Shown: in pieces, positions 1 to 10,066 of the stretch | Position numbering within the stretch: the first letter of the stretch is position 1 | Layout of the letters: the number at the start of each line of letters is the position of its first letter | Assembly: GCF_021246445.1 (NCBI RefSeq) | Contig: NZ_JAJQXW010000001.1 | Location: 1,320,168-1,384,167 of the forward strand | DNA length: 64,000 bases | Direction of reading: 5' to 3' | Source of the DNA: Rhabdothermincola salaria | Lineage (GTDB): Bacteria; Actinomycetota; Acidimicrobiia; Acidimicrobiales; Acidimicrobilacustridaceae | Translations under genes and position numbers: made by a program | The notes under the pieces: generated by a model | What the model was told of the DNA's origin: nothing | Seen by the model: only the letters and a program-made list of their open reading frames with translations | The model's database searches: none

Positions 1-67
1 TGGCCTCCAGGAACTGACGGACGATGTTGCGGAGCTCTTCCTGCTCCTCGGAAAAGGCGAAGTTCAT
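1..67 (-). CDS. Acyl-CoA dehydrogenase family protein, N-terminus only (runs off window edge)
   Basis: Reverse strand reads MNFAFSEEQEELRNIVRQFLEA, a typical acyl-CoA dehydrogenase N-terminus. Confidence 0.75.
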   Translation of the reverse strand, partial: MNFAFSEEQEELRNIVRQFLEA

Positions 68-111
68 GGGCCGGGACGCTACGAGGCGGCGCGCCGGGCT
101 GCAAACCATCT

Positions 112-121
112 TGTGTACACA
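112..121. promoter_or_regulatory. Palindrome TGTGTACACA, probable TA autoregulatory operator
   Basis: Perfect 10-bp palindrome 16 nt upstream of the antitoxin start. Confidence 0.5.
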
Positions 122-137
122 CGCGTCCACATCTACG

Positions 138-413
138 GTGGGTGCCGTGCAGATCGGCGTGCGAGAGCTCCGGGCCAACCTCGCCGGCCTCGTGCGACGG
201 GCCCAGGCGGGCGAGGCCATCGTGGTGACCGTCTCGGGTCGACCGGCGGCGGTGCTCGGACCTGTCGGCGGCGGCCACGAGGTCGGGCTCGACGACCTCG
301 TGGCCATGGGCGCGGTGCGGGCACCGCGGGCCCGCACGGGGCGGCCGGACGTGGCCCGCACTCCCCTGCCGGTCGACACCCGGTCCGACATCGAGCTGCG
401 CAAGGTCCGCTGA
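138..413 (+). CDS. Phd/YefM family antitoxin
   Basis: IGVRELRANLAGLVRRAQAGEAIVVTVSGRPAAVL signature; directly upstream of a PIN toxin; start GTG 138 or 147. Confidence 0.85.
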   Translation: MGAVQIGVRELRANLAGLVRRAQAGEAIVVTVSGRPAAVLGPVGGGHEVGLDDLVAMGAVRAPRARTGRPDVARTPLPVDTRSDIELRKVR

Positions 414-416
414 ACC

Positions 417-830
417 GTGGCGCTGGCCATCGACTCGAGCGCCCTGGTGAAGCGCTACGTGGACGAACCGGAGAGCGCCGCGGTCACCGCGCTGATGGAC
501 GCCGAGGCCCAGTGGTTCGCCTCGGACCTCGTGCGGTGCGAGACCACGATCCTGCTGGCCCGTCTGGCCACGAGCGCTCGCCAAGCCGAAGACCTCACCG
601 CCCGTTTCTACGCCGACTGGGACGCCTTCCACGTGGTGCCCGTCGACGAACGCTGCCTCTCACGCGCCGCCGAGATCGGCGCCGACTTCGGCCTGCGGGT
701 GGTCGACGCCATCCACCTGGCCGCCGCCACCCGGCTCCCCCGCCCCGTGCGCCTCTTGACCCTCGACCCTCGCCAGGTGCTGGCGGCGGTGGCCCTCGAC
801 CTCGAACCGGTACCCACGCCCGAGGACTGA
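417..830 (+). CDS. vapC: VapC family PIN-domain toxin
   Basis: DSSALVKRY, DAIHLAAA and LTLD PIN motifs; 137 aa. Confidence 0.88.
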   Translation: MALAIDSSALVKRYVDEPESAAVTALMDAEAQWFASDLVRCETTILLARLATSARQAEDLTARFYADWDAFHVVPVDERCLSRAAEIGADFGLRVVDAIHLAAATRLPRPVRLLTLDPRQVLAAVALDLEPVPTPED

Positions 831-890
831 CACCTCGGCGGCCGGGCGGACCCGGGTGCGAACAGGGCCCGGAGACGAGAGGATGGTCCC

Positions 891-1496
891 ATGACGCTGC
901 TGCTCTCCGACACCGGCTGGGAGCTCCACAACGTGGTGGTGGGGCCCGTCGACAACAACGTGTACGTGCTGCGCTGCACCGAGACGGGCGACGCGCTGCT
1001 CATCGACGCCGCCAACGAGCACGACCGCCTGCTCGACCTGTGCCGCACCCTCGAGGTGCGCACCGTGGTGGAGACCCACGGCCACTGGGACCACATCCAG
1101 GCCATCCCCGAGATCCGCGACGCCGGCTACGAGGTCGGCGTGACCGCGGCCGACGCCGGGATGCTGCCCAGCTACGACTACCTGCTCGAGGACGACACCG
1201 TGTTCGACGTGGGCCGTCTGAAGCTGCGCACCATCCTCACGCCGGGCCACACGCCGGGTTCGATCTGCTTCAAGGTCGAGGGCACCCCCCTGCTCTTCAC
1301 CGGCGACACCCTGTTCCCGGGCGGGCCGGGCAACACCAGCTTCGAGCACAGCGACTTCGACACGATCATCGAGTCGATCGACCGGCGTCTCTTCACCCTC
1401 CCCGAGGACCTCATCGTCCTGCCCGGCCACGGCGACCGCACCACGATCGGCACCGAACGGCCTCACCTGCAGGAGTGGGTCGACCGGGGCTGGTGA
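891..1496 (+). CDS. MBL-fold metallo-hydrolase (glyoxalase II-like)
   Basis: THGHWDH, TPGHTPGS, FTGDTLF, PGHG motifs. Confidence 0.9.
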   Translation: MTLLLSDTGWELHNVVVGPVDNNVYVLRCTETGDALLIDAANEHDRLLDLCRTLEVRTVVETHGHWDHIQAIPEIRDAGYEVGVTAADAGMLPSYDYLLEDDTVFDVGRLKLRTILTPGHTPGSICFKVEGTPLLFTGDTLFPGGPGNTSFEHSDFDTIIESIDRRLFTLPEDLIVLPGHGDRTTIGTERPHLQEWVDRGW

Positions 1497-1602
1497 GCCG
1501 ACAGCTCTTCGCCGCCGAACCTCTGGTTCGGTGTCGCCGCTCGGTCGAGGTGAACGACACCTAGGATCGCCGTCCGTGCCTGTTCCTCGACGAGCTGCTC
1601 GC

Positions 1603-2478
1603 ATGCTGCGCGCGCTGCTGGTGGCCTCGACGGTCTTGATCGCCTCGGCGTGCGGGACCTCGGGCTCAGCTCAGGTCGAGGCGCCGGGGAGCGACCGCTC
1701 CCTGGTGCACCCCGATGAGCTCTGTGACGAGGCACTCGAGAGCGACGACACGGTGCTCGTCACGGCTGCCCACGTCGTCACCGACGGGCGACTCGGCGCG
1801 CTGTGCTTCGGCGAACCCGACGACACCCTCGTCGAGGCGTGGGACGAGCTCGTCGCCATCACCCCACCCGGTCAGCTCTCCGACCTCGCCGTCGTCGTCG
1901 GCTTCGTCGCGGACGAAGACGACGACAGCCAGACCCTCGCCTTCGTGAACGCCTTGGACTCGGAGGGCCTGGCGTTCCAGATGTCGATCAACCTGCCCGC
2001 CTTCGACGCCGACCGCGACGAGGCGTCGCTCACCCTGGCCCACGAGTTCACACACGTGTTCACGCAGACCCCCGACCAGCTCGACCGTTCGGTGGCCGAT
2101 CCTGCTGCCTGTGAGACCCACTTCAACGGAGACGGCTGCTATCGGCCGGGATCGCTCATGGCGGCGTGGATCGAGGAGTTCTGGTCGGACGAGGAGCTCG
2201 CCACGGTGGATGTCGACGCCGACCCGTACCCGGAAGACGGCGACGACCGCTGCGACGTCGACGACAGCTTCTTCGGCTCCTACGCGGCCACCAACCCCGA
2301 GGAGGACTTCGCCGAGGCGTTCAGCGCCTTCGTCTACCGGGTCGCGCCGCTCACCGCGGGACAGCGGACCAAGCTCGACTGGCTGGCCGGCCAGGCCGGA
2401 CTGGCGGAGTTCCGATCTCAGGCCCTCGACGCCGGTCTCGGGCCGCTCGAGAACACCTTCGAGGTCTGCGGGTCCTGA
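1603..2478 (+). CDS. Putative lipoprotein zinc metallopeptidase (zincin-like)
   Basis: Signal peptide with lipobox IASAC; HEFTH (HExxH) and YAATNPEEDFAE; start 1576 or 1603. Confidence 0.65.
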   Translation: MLRALLVASTVLIASACGTSGSAQVEAPGSDRSLVHPDELCDEALESDDTVLVTAAHVVTDGRLGALCFGEPDDTLVEAWDELVAITPPGQLSDLAVVVGFVADEDDDSQTLAFVNALDSEGLAFQMSINLPAFDADRDEASLTLAHEFTHVFTQTPDQLDRSVADPAACETHFNGDGCYRPGSLMAAWIEEFWSDEELATVDVDADPYPEDGDDRCDVDDSFFGSYAATNPEEDFAEAFSAFVYRVAPLTAGQRTKLDWLAGQAGLAEFRSQALDAGLGPLENTFEVCGS

Positions 2479-2520
2479 TCCCGGGGAGGGCCGCCACGCT
2501 CGGGGCGAGCCGACCGGCGG

Positions 2521-2550
2521 CGGAATTTCTCCTACGGCGATAGTGCGAAT
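2521..2550 (+). promoter_or_regulatory. Conserved suf upstream dyad motif, copy 1
   Basis: CGGAATTTCTCCTACGGCGATAGTGCGAAT; 28/30 identical to the copy at 8007-8036. Confidence 0.8.
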
Positions 2551-2575
2551 GCGGGGGGCCGCCTAGACTGGCCTC

Positions 2576-3321
<746 letters not shown>

Positions 3322-3331
<10 letters not shown>

Positions 3332-4572
3332 CCATCTCCGATCCCCTCGACACCGCCGTCGTCAAGGCCGACTTCCCCCTGCTGTCCCGCTCGGTGCACG
3401 GCAAGCCCATCGTCTACCTCGACTCGGCAGCCACCGCCCAGAAGCCGACCTTGGTGCTCGACGCCATGGACGCGTACTACCGGTCCATCAACGCCAACGT
3501 GCACCGCGGCGTGTACGCCATCGCCGAGGACGCCACCAACGCCATGGAGGGCGCCCGCGAGAAGGTGCGCCGCTTCATCGGAGCGCCGTCGGTCAACGAG
3601 ATCGTCTTCACCAAGAACGCCACCGAGTCGCTGAACCTGGTCGCCCAATCGTGGGGCCGGGCCAACCTGGCCGAGGGCGACGTGGTGGTGCTCACCCACA
3701 TGGAGCACCACGCCGACATCGTCCCCTGGCAGATGCTCGCCGCCGAGAAGGGTCTCGAGCTGCGCTGGATCCCCCTCGACGCCCAGGGCCGCCTCGACCT
3801 CACCGACCTCGACCGTCTCCTCGACGGCGCCAAGGTCCTCGGCGTCACCGCCATGTCCAACGTGCTCGGCACGCTGACCCCGATACCCCTCCTCACCGCC
3901 GCCGCCCGCGCCGCCGGCGCCATCAGCGTCGTCGACGCCTGCCAGTCGGTGCCCCACACCCCCACCGACGTGACCGCCATGGGCGCCGACTTCGTGGCCT
4001 TCTCCGGCCACAAGATGGTGGGCCCCACCGGCATCGGCGTGCTCTGGGGTCGCCTCGAGCTGCTCGAGGCCATGCCCCCCTTCCTCGGCGGCGGCGAGAT
4101 GATCCGCGACGTGCGCCTCGACGGCTTCACCACCAACGAGGTGCCCTGGAAGTTCGAGGCGGGCACCCCGCCGATCGCCGAGATCGTCGGCCTCGGTGCC
4201 GCGGTCGACTACCTCGAGGGTCTGGGCATGAGCGCCGTGCGCGAGCACGAGATCGCCCTCACGACCTACGCCCTGGCCACCTTCGCCGAGCGCTTCGGCG
4301 ACGACCTCGTCGTGCACGGGCCACCGGATCCCGCCGAGCGTGGGGGCGTGTTCAGCTTCGCCTACAAGGACCTGCACCCCCACGACATCTCCCAGGTCCT
4401 CGACCAGCACGCCGTGTGCGTCCGGGCCGGACACCACTGCGCCAAGCCGCTCATGCGCCTGATGGGCGTGGGGGCCACGGCGCGGGCGTCGGTGTACGTC
4501 TACAACGACACCACCGACATCGACGCCCTGTGCGACGCCCTCGACGCCGCCGGCGACTTCTTCGCCTGGTGA
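3322..4572 (+). CDS. sufS: Cysteine desulfurase SufS
   Basis: YLDSAATAQKP, SGHKM (PLP lysine), RAGHHCA. Confidence 0.95.
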
Positions 4573-4659
4573 TCGTCCCGGCCGGGAACCCTCGGCCCGG
4601 TCCGACGCCCGCCTAGCCTGTCCCCCGCCCCCTCGACCATCCGCCAGGAAGTGCCCTCG

Positions 4660-5160
4660 ATGCCCGGCCTCGAAGACCTGTACCGCGAGATCATCCTCGA
4701 CCACTACCGCAACCCCCGGAACCGGGGCGAGCTCGAGTCGCCGCCCGCCCATCGGGTGGAGGGGTTCAACCCTCTGTGTGGCGACGAGATCGTCGTGTAC
4801 CTCGACGTGGCCGACGACGGCACCGTCGACGACATCAAGATCTCGGGTCAGGGGTGCTCGATCAGCCAGTCGTCGGCGTCGATGATGTCAGCCGCGGTGA
4901 AGGGCAAGACCGTCGAGGAGATCCGTGACCTGACCCGGGCCTTCAAGGCCATGATGTCGGTGCACGAGAGCTCGCTCGAGGGGGCCGAGGGCACCGACGC
5001 CGCCACCGGCGAGACCACCGATGTGCCCGACGTGAAGCTGGGCGACCTCGAGGCGCTGCGCGGCGTGGTCAAGTTCCCGGTGCGCATCAAGTGCGCCACC
5101 CTGGCGTGGAACACCCTCGGCCAGGGCCTCGACGAGTCCGCGGCCGGCGAGGACGCCTGA
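4660..5160 (+). CDS. sufU: SUF system sulfur-transfer protein SufU
   Basis: LYREIILDHY, NPLCGD, GCSIS, RIKCATL. Confidence 0.93.
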   Translation: MPGLEDLYREIILDHYRNPRNRGELESPPAHRVEGFNPLCGDEIVVYLDVADDGTVDDIKISGQGCSISQSSASMMSAAVKGKTVEEIRDLTRAFKAMMSVHESSLEGAEGTDAATGETTDVPDVKLGDLEALRGVVKFPVRIKCATLAWNTLGQGLDESAAGEDA

Positions 5161-5197
5161 GGCGGCGCAGGACCGAGCGCCACGCCAGCCGGGCCGA

Positions 5198-5491
5198 TCA
5201 GCCCGATGCGGCCTCGTCCGCCCTCCGGGCCAACTCGAAGCACTCCGGGGTGAGTCCGCCGGCGTCGTGGTTGACGATGTCGATCACGACGCGGTTCCAG
5301 CTGTTGGACCAGTCCGGGTGGTGATCGAGCTTCTCCGCCACCAACGCCACGCGGGTCATGAAGCCGAAGGCCTCGACGAAGTCGGCGAACTCGAGCTCGC
5401 GGTGCAGACGACCGTCGACGACCTCCCACTCCGGGCGCTCCCGGAGCTGGGCGTCGACCTCGGCGGACGTGAGCGGGGTGGATCGGGCCAT
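5198..5491 (-). CDS. Pterin-4-alpha-carbinolamine dehydratase
   Basis: FADFVEAFGFMTRVALVAEKLDHHPDW and HDAGGLT motifs. Confidence 0.9.
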   Translation of the reverse strand: MARSTPLTSAEVDAQLRERPEWEVVDGRLHRELEFADFVEAFGFMTRVALVAEKLDHHPDWSNSWNRVVIDIVNHDAGGLTPECFELARRADEAASG

Positions 5492-5526
5492 GAGACGACC
5501 TCCTGGCGGTCGGTGTCGCGGATCGG

Positions 5527-6372
5527 TCAGGCCAGCGGATCGGCGAAGGGGTCGTCGAACATGCCACCGGGGCCGCCCGCTCCTGGGTGCATCGAGGGGT
5601 CGAGGACCCGGGCCTTGGGGACTGCGTCCGCCATCTCGGCCTCCTCCTCCTGGTACTCGGCGTAGCCGGTGCGCTCGAGCTCGTCGGCCAGCTCGGGACC
5701 GCCCGTGGCGATGATCCGCCCCTTGACCAGCACGTGCACGACATCGGGCTTCAGCTCGTCGAGCAGCCGCTTGTAGTGGGTGATGGCCAGCACGCCGAGG
5801 CCGAACTCCTCGGTGGCCGCCTCGACCCGTCGGGCGCACGCCCGCAGGGCGTCGACGTCGAGGCCGGAGTCGAGCTCGTCGAGCACGGCGAAGCGGGGCT
5901 TGAGCACCGCCAGCTGCAAGGTCTCGTTGCGCTTCTTCTCGCCGCCGGAGAGGTCGACGTTGAGCGCCCGGGTGTGCAGGCGCTCGGCGAAGCCGATGCG
6001 TTCGGCCTCGGCGGCGATCTCGGCCGGCACGACCGAGACGTCGTGCCCGGCGGCACCGCGCGACTCCATGAGCAGGTCCTGGAGACTCACGCCGGGCACC
6101 TCGACGGGGTACTGCATGGCCAGGAAGAGGCCGGCCTGGGCTCGCTTCCAGGTGGGCAGACCGAGCAGGTCGACGCCGCCGACGGTGACCGAGCCACCGG
6201 TCACGGTGTAGCCGGGCTTGCCCATGAGCACGTGCGACAGGGTGGACTTCCCCGAGCCGTTGGGTCCCATGACGGCGTGCACTTCACCGGCGCGCACGAC
6301 GAGGTCGATGCCGTTGAGGATCGGCTTGCCGTCGACCTCGGCGGTGAGGTTCTCGATACGGAGCTCTGCCAT
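5527..6372 (-). CDS. sufC: Fe-S cluster assembly ATPase SufC (copy 2, extended C-terminus)
   Basis: GPNGSGKST, FLAMQYP, LSGGEKKRNE, LDELDSGLD, ITHY. Confidence 0.93.
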   Translation of the reverse strand: MAELRIENLTAEVDGKPILNGIDLVVRAGEVHAVMGPNGSGKSTLSHVLMGKPGYTVTGGSVTVGGVDLLGLPTWKRAQAGLFLAMQYPVEVPGVSLQDLLMESRGAAGHDVSVVPAEIAAEAERIGFAERLHTRALNVDLSGGEKKRNETLQLAVLKPRFAVLDELDSGLDVDALRACARRVEAATEEFGLGVLAITHYKRLLDELKPDVVHVLVKGRIIATGGPELADELERTGYAEYQEEEAEMADAVPKARVLDPSMHPGAGGPGGMFDDPFADPLA

Positions 6373-6373
6373 G

Positions 6374-6688
6374 TCAGTCGATCTCCACGAAGACGTCGTC
6401 ACCGTCGACGGTGACGGTGTAGGTGGGCGTGGGCTTGGTGGCGGGCATCGAGCTGGGCTCGCCGGTGACGAGCGAGAAGCAGCTGCCGTGCTTCCAGCAC
6501 TCGATCTCCAGGCGGTCCGGGTCGACGTCGCCCTCGGCGAGCGAGATGTCCTGGTGGGTGCACCGGTCGCCGATGACGTACCAGTCGTCGCCCAGGCGGA
6601 CCACGGCGAGGCGGTGGCCGGCCACGTCGATGCGGCGGGCCTCGCCGTCGGGGACGTCGGTGACCGAGCAGAGGCGCTGGGCGCTCAT
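6374..6688 (-). CDS. Rieske-type [2Fe-2S] ferredoxin
   Basis: CTHQ...CWKHGSCF Rieske motif; usual position between sufD and sufC. Confidence 0.92.
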   Translation of the reverse strand: MSAQRLCSVTDVPDGEARRIDVAGHRLAVVRLGDDWYVIGDRCTHQDISLAEGDVDPDRLEIECWKHGSCFSLVTGEPSSMPATKPTPTYTVTVDGDDVFVEID

Positions 6689-7956
6689 GGCTGCTCCCGC
6701 CGGTCCAGGCGAGCCTCGATGGCGGCCTCGATGAGGGGTCGCACACCCGGCACCGGGAACTGCTCGAGGACCTCGTCGAAGAACCCGGCCACGATCAAGC
6801 GGTCGGCGATCTCGGTGGGCACGCCCCGGCTCTCGAGGTAGAAGCGCTGTTCCTCGTCGATGGGCCCGACGGTGGACGCATGGCTGCAGTGCACGTCGTT
6901 GTTCTCGATCTCGAGGTTGGGCACGGACTCCGCCCAGGCGTCCTCGGAGAGCTTGATGTTGCGGTTGGTCTGGAAGGCGTTGGTGCCCCGCGCCTCCTTC
7001 TCCACCCTGATGCGCCCGGTGTACACCGAGCGGGATTGGTCGCCCACGACGCCCTTGAACAGCAGGTTCGAGGTGGTGTCGGGGGCCACGTGGTCCTGGA
7101 AGGTGCGAAAGTCGAGTGTCTGGCTCCGTTCGCCGAAGTACACGGCCTGGAGGTTGCCGGTGGCTCCCCTGCCGACGAGCCCGCAGTCGGTGCGCACCCG
7201 GGCGTAGTCGCCACCGAGGCCGGCGTGCGAGCCGGTCAGCGTGGCGTCGGCGTCGGCCCGCCCCACCTGGGAGGTGATCTGCCAGACGCGTCCGGTGCGG
7301 TCCTGCACCTCGCCGTAGGACAGGCGGGCCGCCCGGGCCACGTCGAGCTCGACCACCGGGGCCACGAAGGCCGCCACGTCCTCGGACCCCTGCCACACGA
7401 CCACCTTGGCCTCGGCGTCCTCGCCGACGCGGACGACGAGCCGGGGGAACACCGCCGCGCCGTCCTGGTCGACCCAGTCGGCGATGACGATCGGCACATC
7501 GACGGTGAGCCCCCGCGGCACCGACACGAGCAGCGGCTCGGCCGTGCAGGCGTCGTTGAGCGCGGCGAACACGTCGATGGGATGCTCGGCGACCGCACCC
7601 AGAGCAGCCTCGGCGTCGGGGCCGTCGACCAACGGGCCCACATAGAGGCCCTTGGCCTCCCACGCGGGGTCGAGGTCGGCGCGGACGACGAAGCCGTTGC
7701 GCACCACGACGGTGGCGGCCCGATCGGGGACGGCGTCGAGCACGGCGGTCACCCCGGCCGGCGTGGCCGGGGCGGGGCTGTCGGTGGCCAGCTCCCACTG
7801 GTCGAGGTCGAGGTCGGCGATGCGGCTGTAGCGCCAGACCTCCTCCTCGGTGGACGGGAGAGTGGCGTCTCCCAGGAGTTCGACGGTGCGAGCCCGGCGC
7901 TCGTTCAGCCAGGCGGGGCCGCGGAGCTCGCGGGCGGCGGACGTCAGGCGGTTCAG
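6685..7956 (-). CDS. sufD: Fe-S cluster assembly protein SufD (probable CTG start at 7956)
   Basis: PNLEIENNDVHCSHASTVG and FYLESRG; frame open upstream of 7752 through LPSTEEEVWRYSRI; GAGGT SD 6 nt before CTG. Confidence 0.9.
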   Translation of the reverse strand: MNRLTSAARELRGPAWLNERRARTVELLGDATLPSTEEEVWRYSRIADLDLDQWELATDSPAPATPAGVTAVLDAVPDRAATVVVRNGFVVRADLDPAWEAKGLYVGPLVDGPDAEAALGAVAEHPIDVFAALNDACTAEPLLVSVPRGLTVDVPIVIADWVDQDGAAVFPRLVVRVGEDAEAKVVVWQGSEDVAAFVAPVVELDVARAARLSYGEVQDRTGRVWQITSQVGRADADATLTGSHAGLGGDYARVRTDCGLVGRGATGNLQAVYFGERSQTLDFRTFQDHVAPDTTSNLLFKGVVGDQSRSVYTGRIRVEKEARGTNAFQTNRNIKLSEDAWAESVPNLEIENNDVHCSHASTVGPIDEEQRFYLESRGVPTEIADRLIVAGFFDEVLEQFPVPGVRPLIEAAIEARLDRREQP

Positions 7957-8006
7957 GGCGATACCTCGGCGAAGGGGCGCTGGGGGCGCCGGCGGGCTGG
8001 GAACGA

Positions 8007-8036
8007 ATTCACACTACCGCCGTAGGAGAAATTCCG
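8007..8036 (-). promoter_or_regulatory. Conserved suf upstream dyad motif, copy 2
   Basis: Reverse complement CGGAATTTCTCCTACGGCGGTAGTGTGAAT upstream of sufD; contains TAGTGT -10-like hexamer. Confidence 0.8.
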
Positions 8037-8068
8037 GCCAGCCCGGACCGAGATCGGCGCCGCCAGGT

Positions 8069-8419
8069 TCAGCGGTCTCGGCGGAACCGGCCGAACAGGC
8101 GGGCCAGGCCCTTGCGCGATCCACGGGCCCGTTCCGCTTCCACCTCGGCGAGCACCGTGGGCCCGACGGCGTTCACGATGTCCTCGGCCGCGTCGAGCAG
8201 GGCCCCGATGTCCTCACCGACGGGTTCCGGGGGCGTGGCCGGGGTGACCAGGGTGCCGTGTCGCCAGTCCACGTCGACGAGGCGCGGCTCGTACTTGGCG
8301 CAGTTCGACGGGCACCGCCACGGTGCCTCGGGGGCCAGATCGAGGTTGCACTTCCGGACGGTGTCACCAGTCGCGTACGTCCGGCTCTCGAACTGCTTGC
8401 ACTCCTCACGCATGGGCAT
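8069..8419 (-). CDS. Hypothetical protein with C-X16-C-X11-C-X3-C motif
   Basis: 116-aa ORF with coding-like codon usage between sufB and sufD. Confidence 0.8.
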   Translation of the reverse strand: MPMREECKQFESRTYATGDTVRKCNLDLAPEAPWRCPSNCAKYEPRLVDVDWRHGTLVTPATPPEPVGEDIGALLDAAEDIVNAVGPTVLAEVEAERARGSRKGLARLFGRFRRDR

Positions 8420-8475
8420 GGGTCGAGTCTGCCTCGCGGACGAGCGTCGTAGATGTCAGGCGTCGGGGACCGGCG

Positions 8476-9879
8476 TCAGCCGACCGAGCCCTCCATCTGC
8501 AGCTCGATGAGGCGGCTCCACTCGACCGCGTACTCCATCGGGAGCGTGCGGGTGACGGGCTCGATGAAGCCGTTGACCACCATGCCCATGGCTTGCTCCT
8601 CGGAGAGGCCGCGGCTCATCAGGTAGAAGAGCTGCTCGTCGGCCACCTTGGACACCGTGGCCTCGTGGCCGACGATGGCGTCGCGAGAACCGACCTCCAT
8701 GTAGGGGAAGGTGTCCGAGACGGAATCGTCGTCGAGGATGAGGGCGTCGCACTGCACGTGGCTCTTGCACCCGTAGGCGTCGTCCTCCACCCGCACGAGC
8801 CCTCGGTACGAGGTGCGGCCGCCGTCCTTGGAGATGGACTTGGAGACGATCTTGGAGGTCGTCTCGGGCGCGGCGTGCACCATCTTGGCGCCGGCGTCCT
8901 GGTGCATGCCGTGGCCGGCGTAGGCCACCGACAGGACCTCACCGGAGGCCTTGGGCCCGACCATGTAGACCGCCGGGTACTTCATGGTGAGGCGACTGCC
9001 GATGTTTCCGTCGATCCACTCCATGTGGCCCTCGGTCTCGACCCGGGCCCGCTTGGTCACCAGGTTGAAGACGTTGTTCGACCAGTTCTGGATGGTCGTG
9101 TAGGTGACCCGGGCGCTGGGCTTCACGACGATCTCGACCACTGCGGAGTGCAGGGAGTCCGTGGTGTAGGTGGGTGCCGAGCACCCCTCGATGTAGTGCA
9201 CCGAGCTGCCCTCGTCGGCGATGATGAGAGTGCGTTCGAACTGGCCCATGTTCTCGGCGTTGATGCGGAAGTAGGCCTGCAGCGGCATCTCGACGTGCAC
9301 GCCGGGCGGCACGTAGATGAACGACCCACCGGACCACACCGCCGAGTTCAACGCCGCGAACTTGTTGTCGTTCTTGGGGATCACGGTGCCGAAGTAGGCC
9401 CGCACGATCTCGGGGTACTCGCGCAGCGCGGTGTCCATGTCGGTGAAGATGACGCCCTGGGCCTCGAGGTCCTCGCGGTTCTTGTGGTACACGACCTCGG
9501 ACTCGTACTGGGCGGTGACCCCGGCCAGGTACTTGCGCTCGGCCTCGGGGATGCCCAGCTTCTCGTAGGTCTGCTTGACCGAATCGGGCAGCTCGTCCCA
9601 CGCGTCGACCTGATGGTCGGTGGGCTTGATGTAGTAGAAGATGTCGTCGAAGTAGATCTCCGACATGTCGCCGCCCCAGTTGGGCATCGGGCGCCGCAGG
9701 AAGTGCTGGTAGGACTTCATGCGGTAGTCGCGCATCCAGTCCGGTTCGCCCTTCATCCACGACATCTCGCGGATGATGTCCTCGGTCAGCCCCTTCTTGG
9801 GCTTGAAGACGTAGTCCTCTTCGTCGGACCAACCCAGCTTGTAGCGGCCGAGGTCGAGATCGAGATCGGTGGTGGCCAT
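8476..9879 (-). CDS. sufB: Fe-S cluster assembly protein SufB
   Basis: [37 protein letters not shown]. Confidence 0.97.
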   Translation of the reverse strand: MATTDLDLDLGRYKLGWSDEEDYVFKPKKGLTEDIIREMSWMKGEPDWMRDYRMKSYQHFLRRPMPNWGGDMSEIYFDDIFYYIKPTDHQVDAWDELPDSVKQTYEKLGIPEAERKYLAGVTAQYESEVVYHKNREDLEAQGVIFTDMDTALREYPEIVRAYFGTVIPKNDNKFAALNSAVWSGGSFIYVPPGVHVEMPLQAYFRINAENMGQFERTLIIADEGSSVHYIEGCSAPTYTTDSLHSAVVEIVVKPSARVTYTTIQNWSNNVFNLVTKRARVETEGHMEWIDGNIGSRLTMKYPAVYMVGPKASGEVLSVAYAGHGMHQDAGAKMVHAAPETTSKIVSKSISKDGGRTSYRGLVRVEDDAYGCKSHVQCDALILDDDSVSDTFPYMEVGSRDAIVGHEATVSKVADEQLFYLMSRGLSEEQAMGMVVNGFIEPVTRTLPMEYAVEWSRLIELQMEGSVG

Positions 9880-9936
9880 GCGGGCTCGCTCCTGGGATCG
9901 AGGGGGCGGGAGGACGGGGACGTACCCGACACCCGA

Positions 9937-9963
9937 GAATTTCTCCTATGGCGATAGTAACAA
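9937..9963. promoter_or_regulatory. Conserved suf upstream dyad motif, copy 3, overlapping the putative sufB -10 box
   Basis: GAATTTCTCCTATGGCGATAGTAACAA; minus strand reads TACTAT at 9954-9959. Confidence 0.75.
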
Positions 9964-10066
9964 ACCCCGGGGCCGGGACCACCAGTCCGGCGGGGATTTT
10001 CCCGGCATCCCCCGTGCAATCTCCGCGTGGCGGCGGGGAGAGCCCCGTCCGGCGGCGCGGTCGAAC

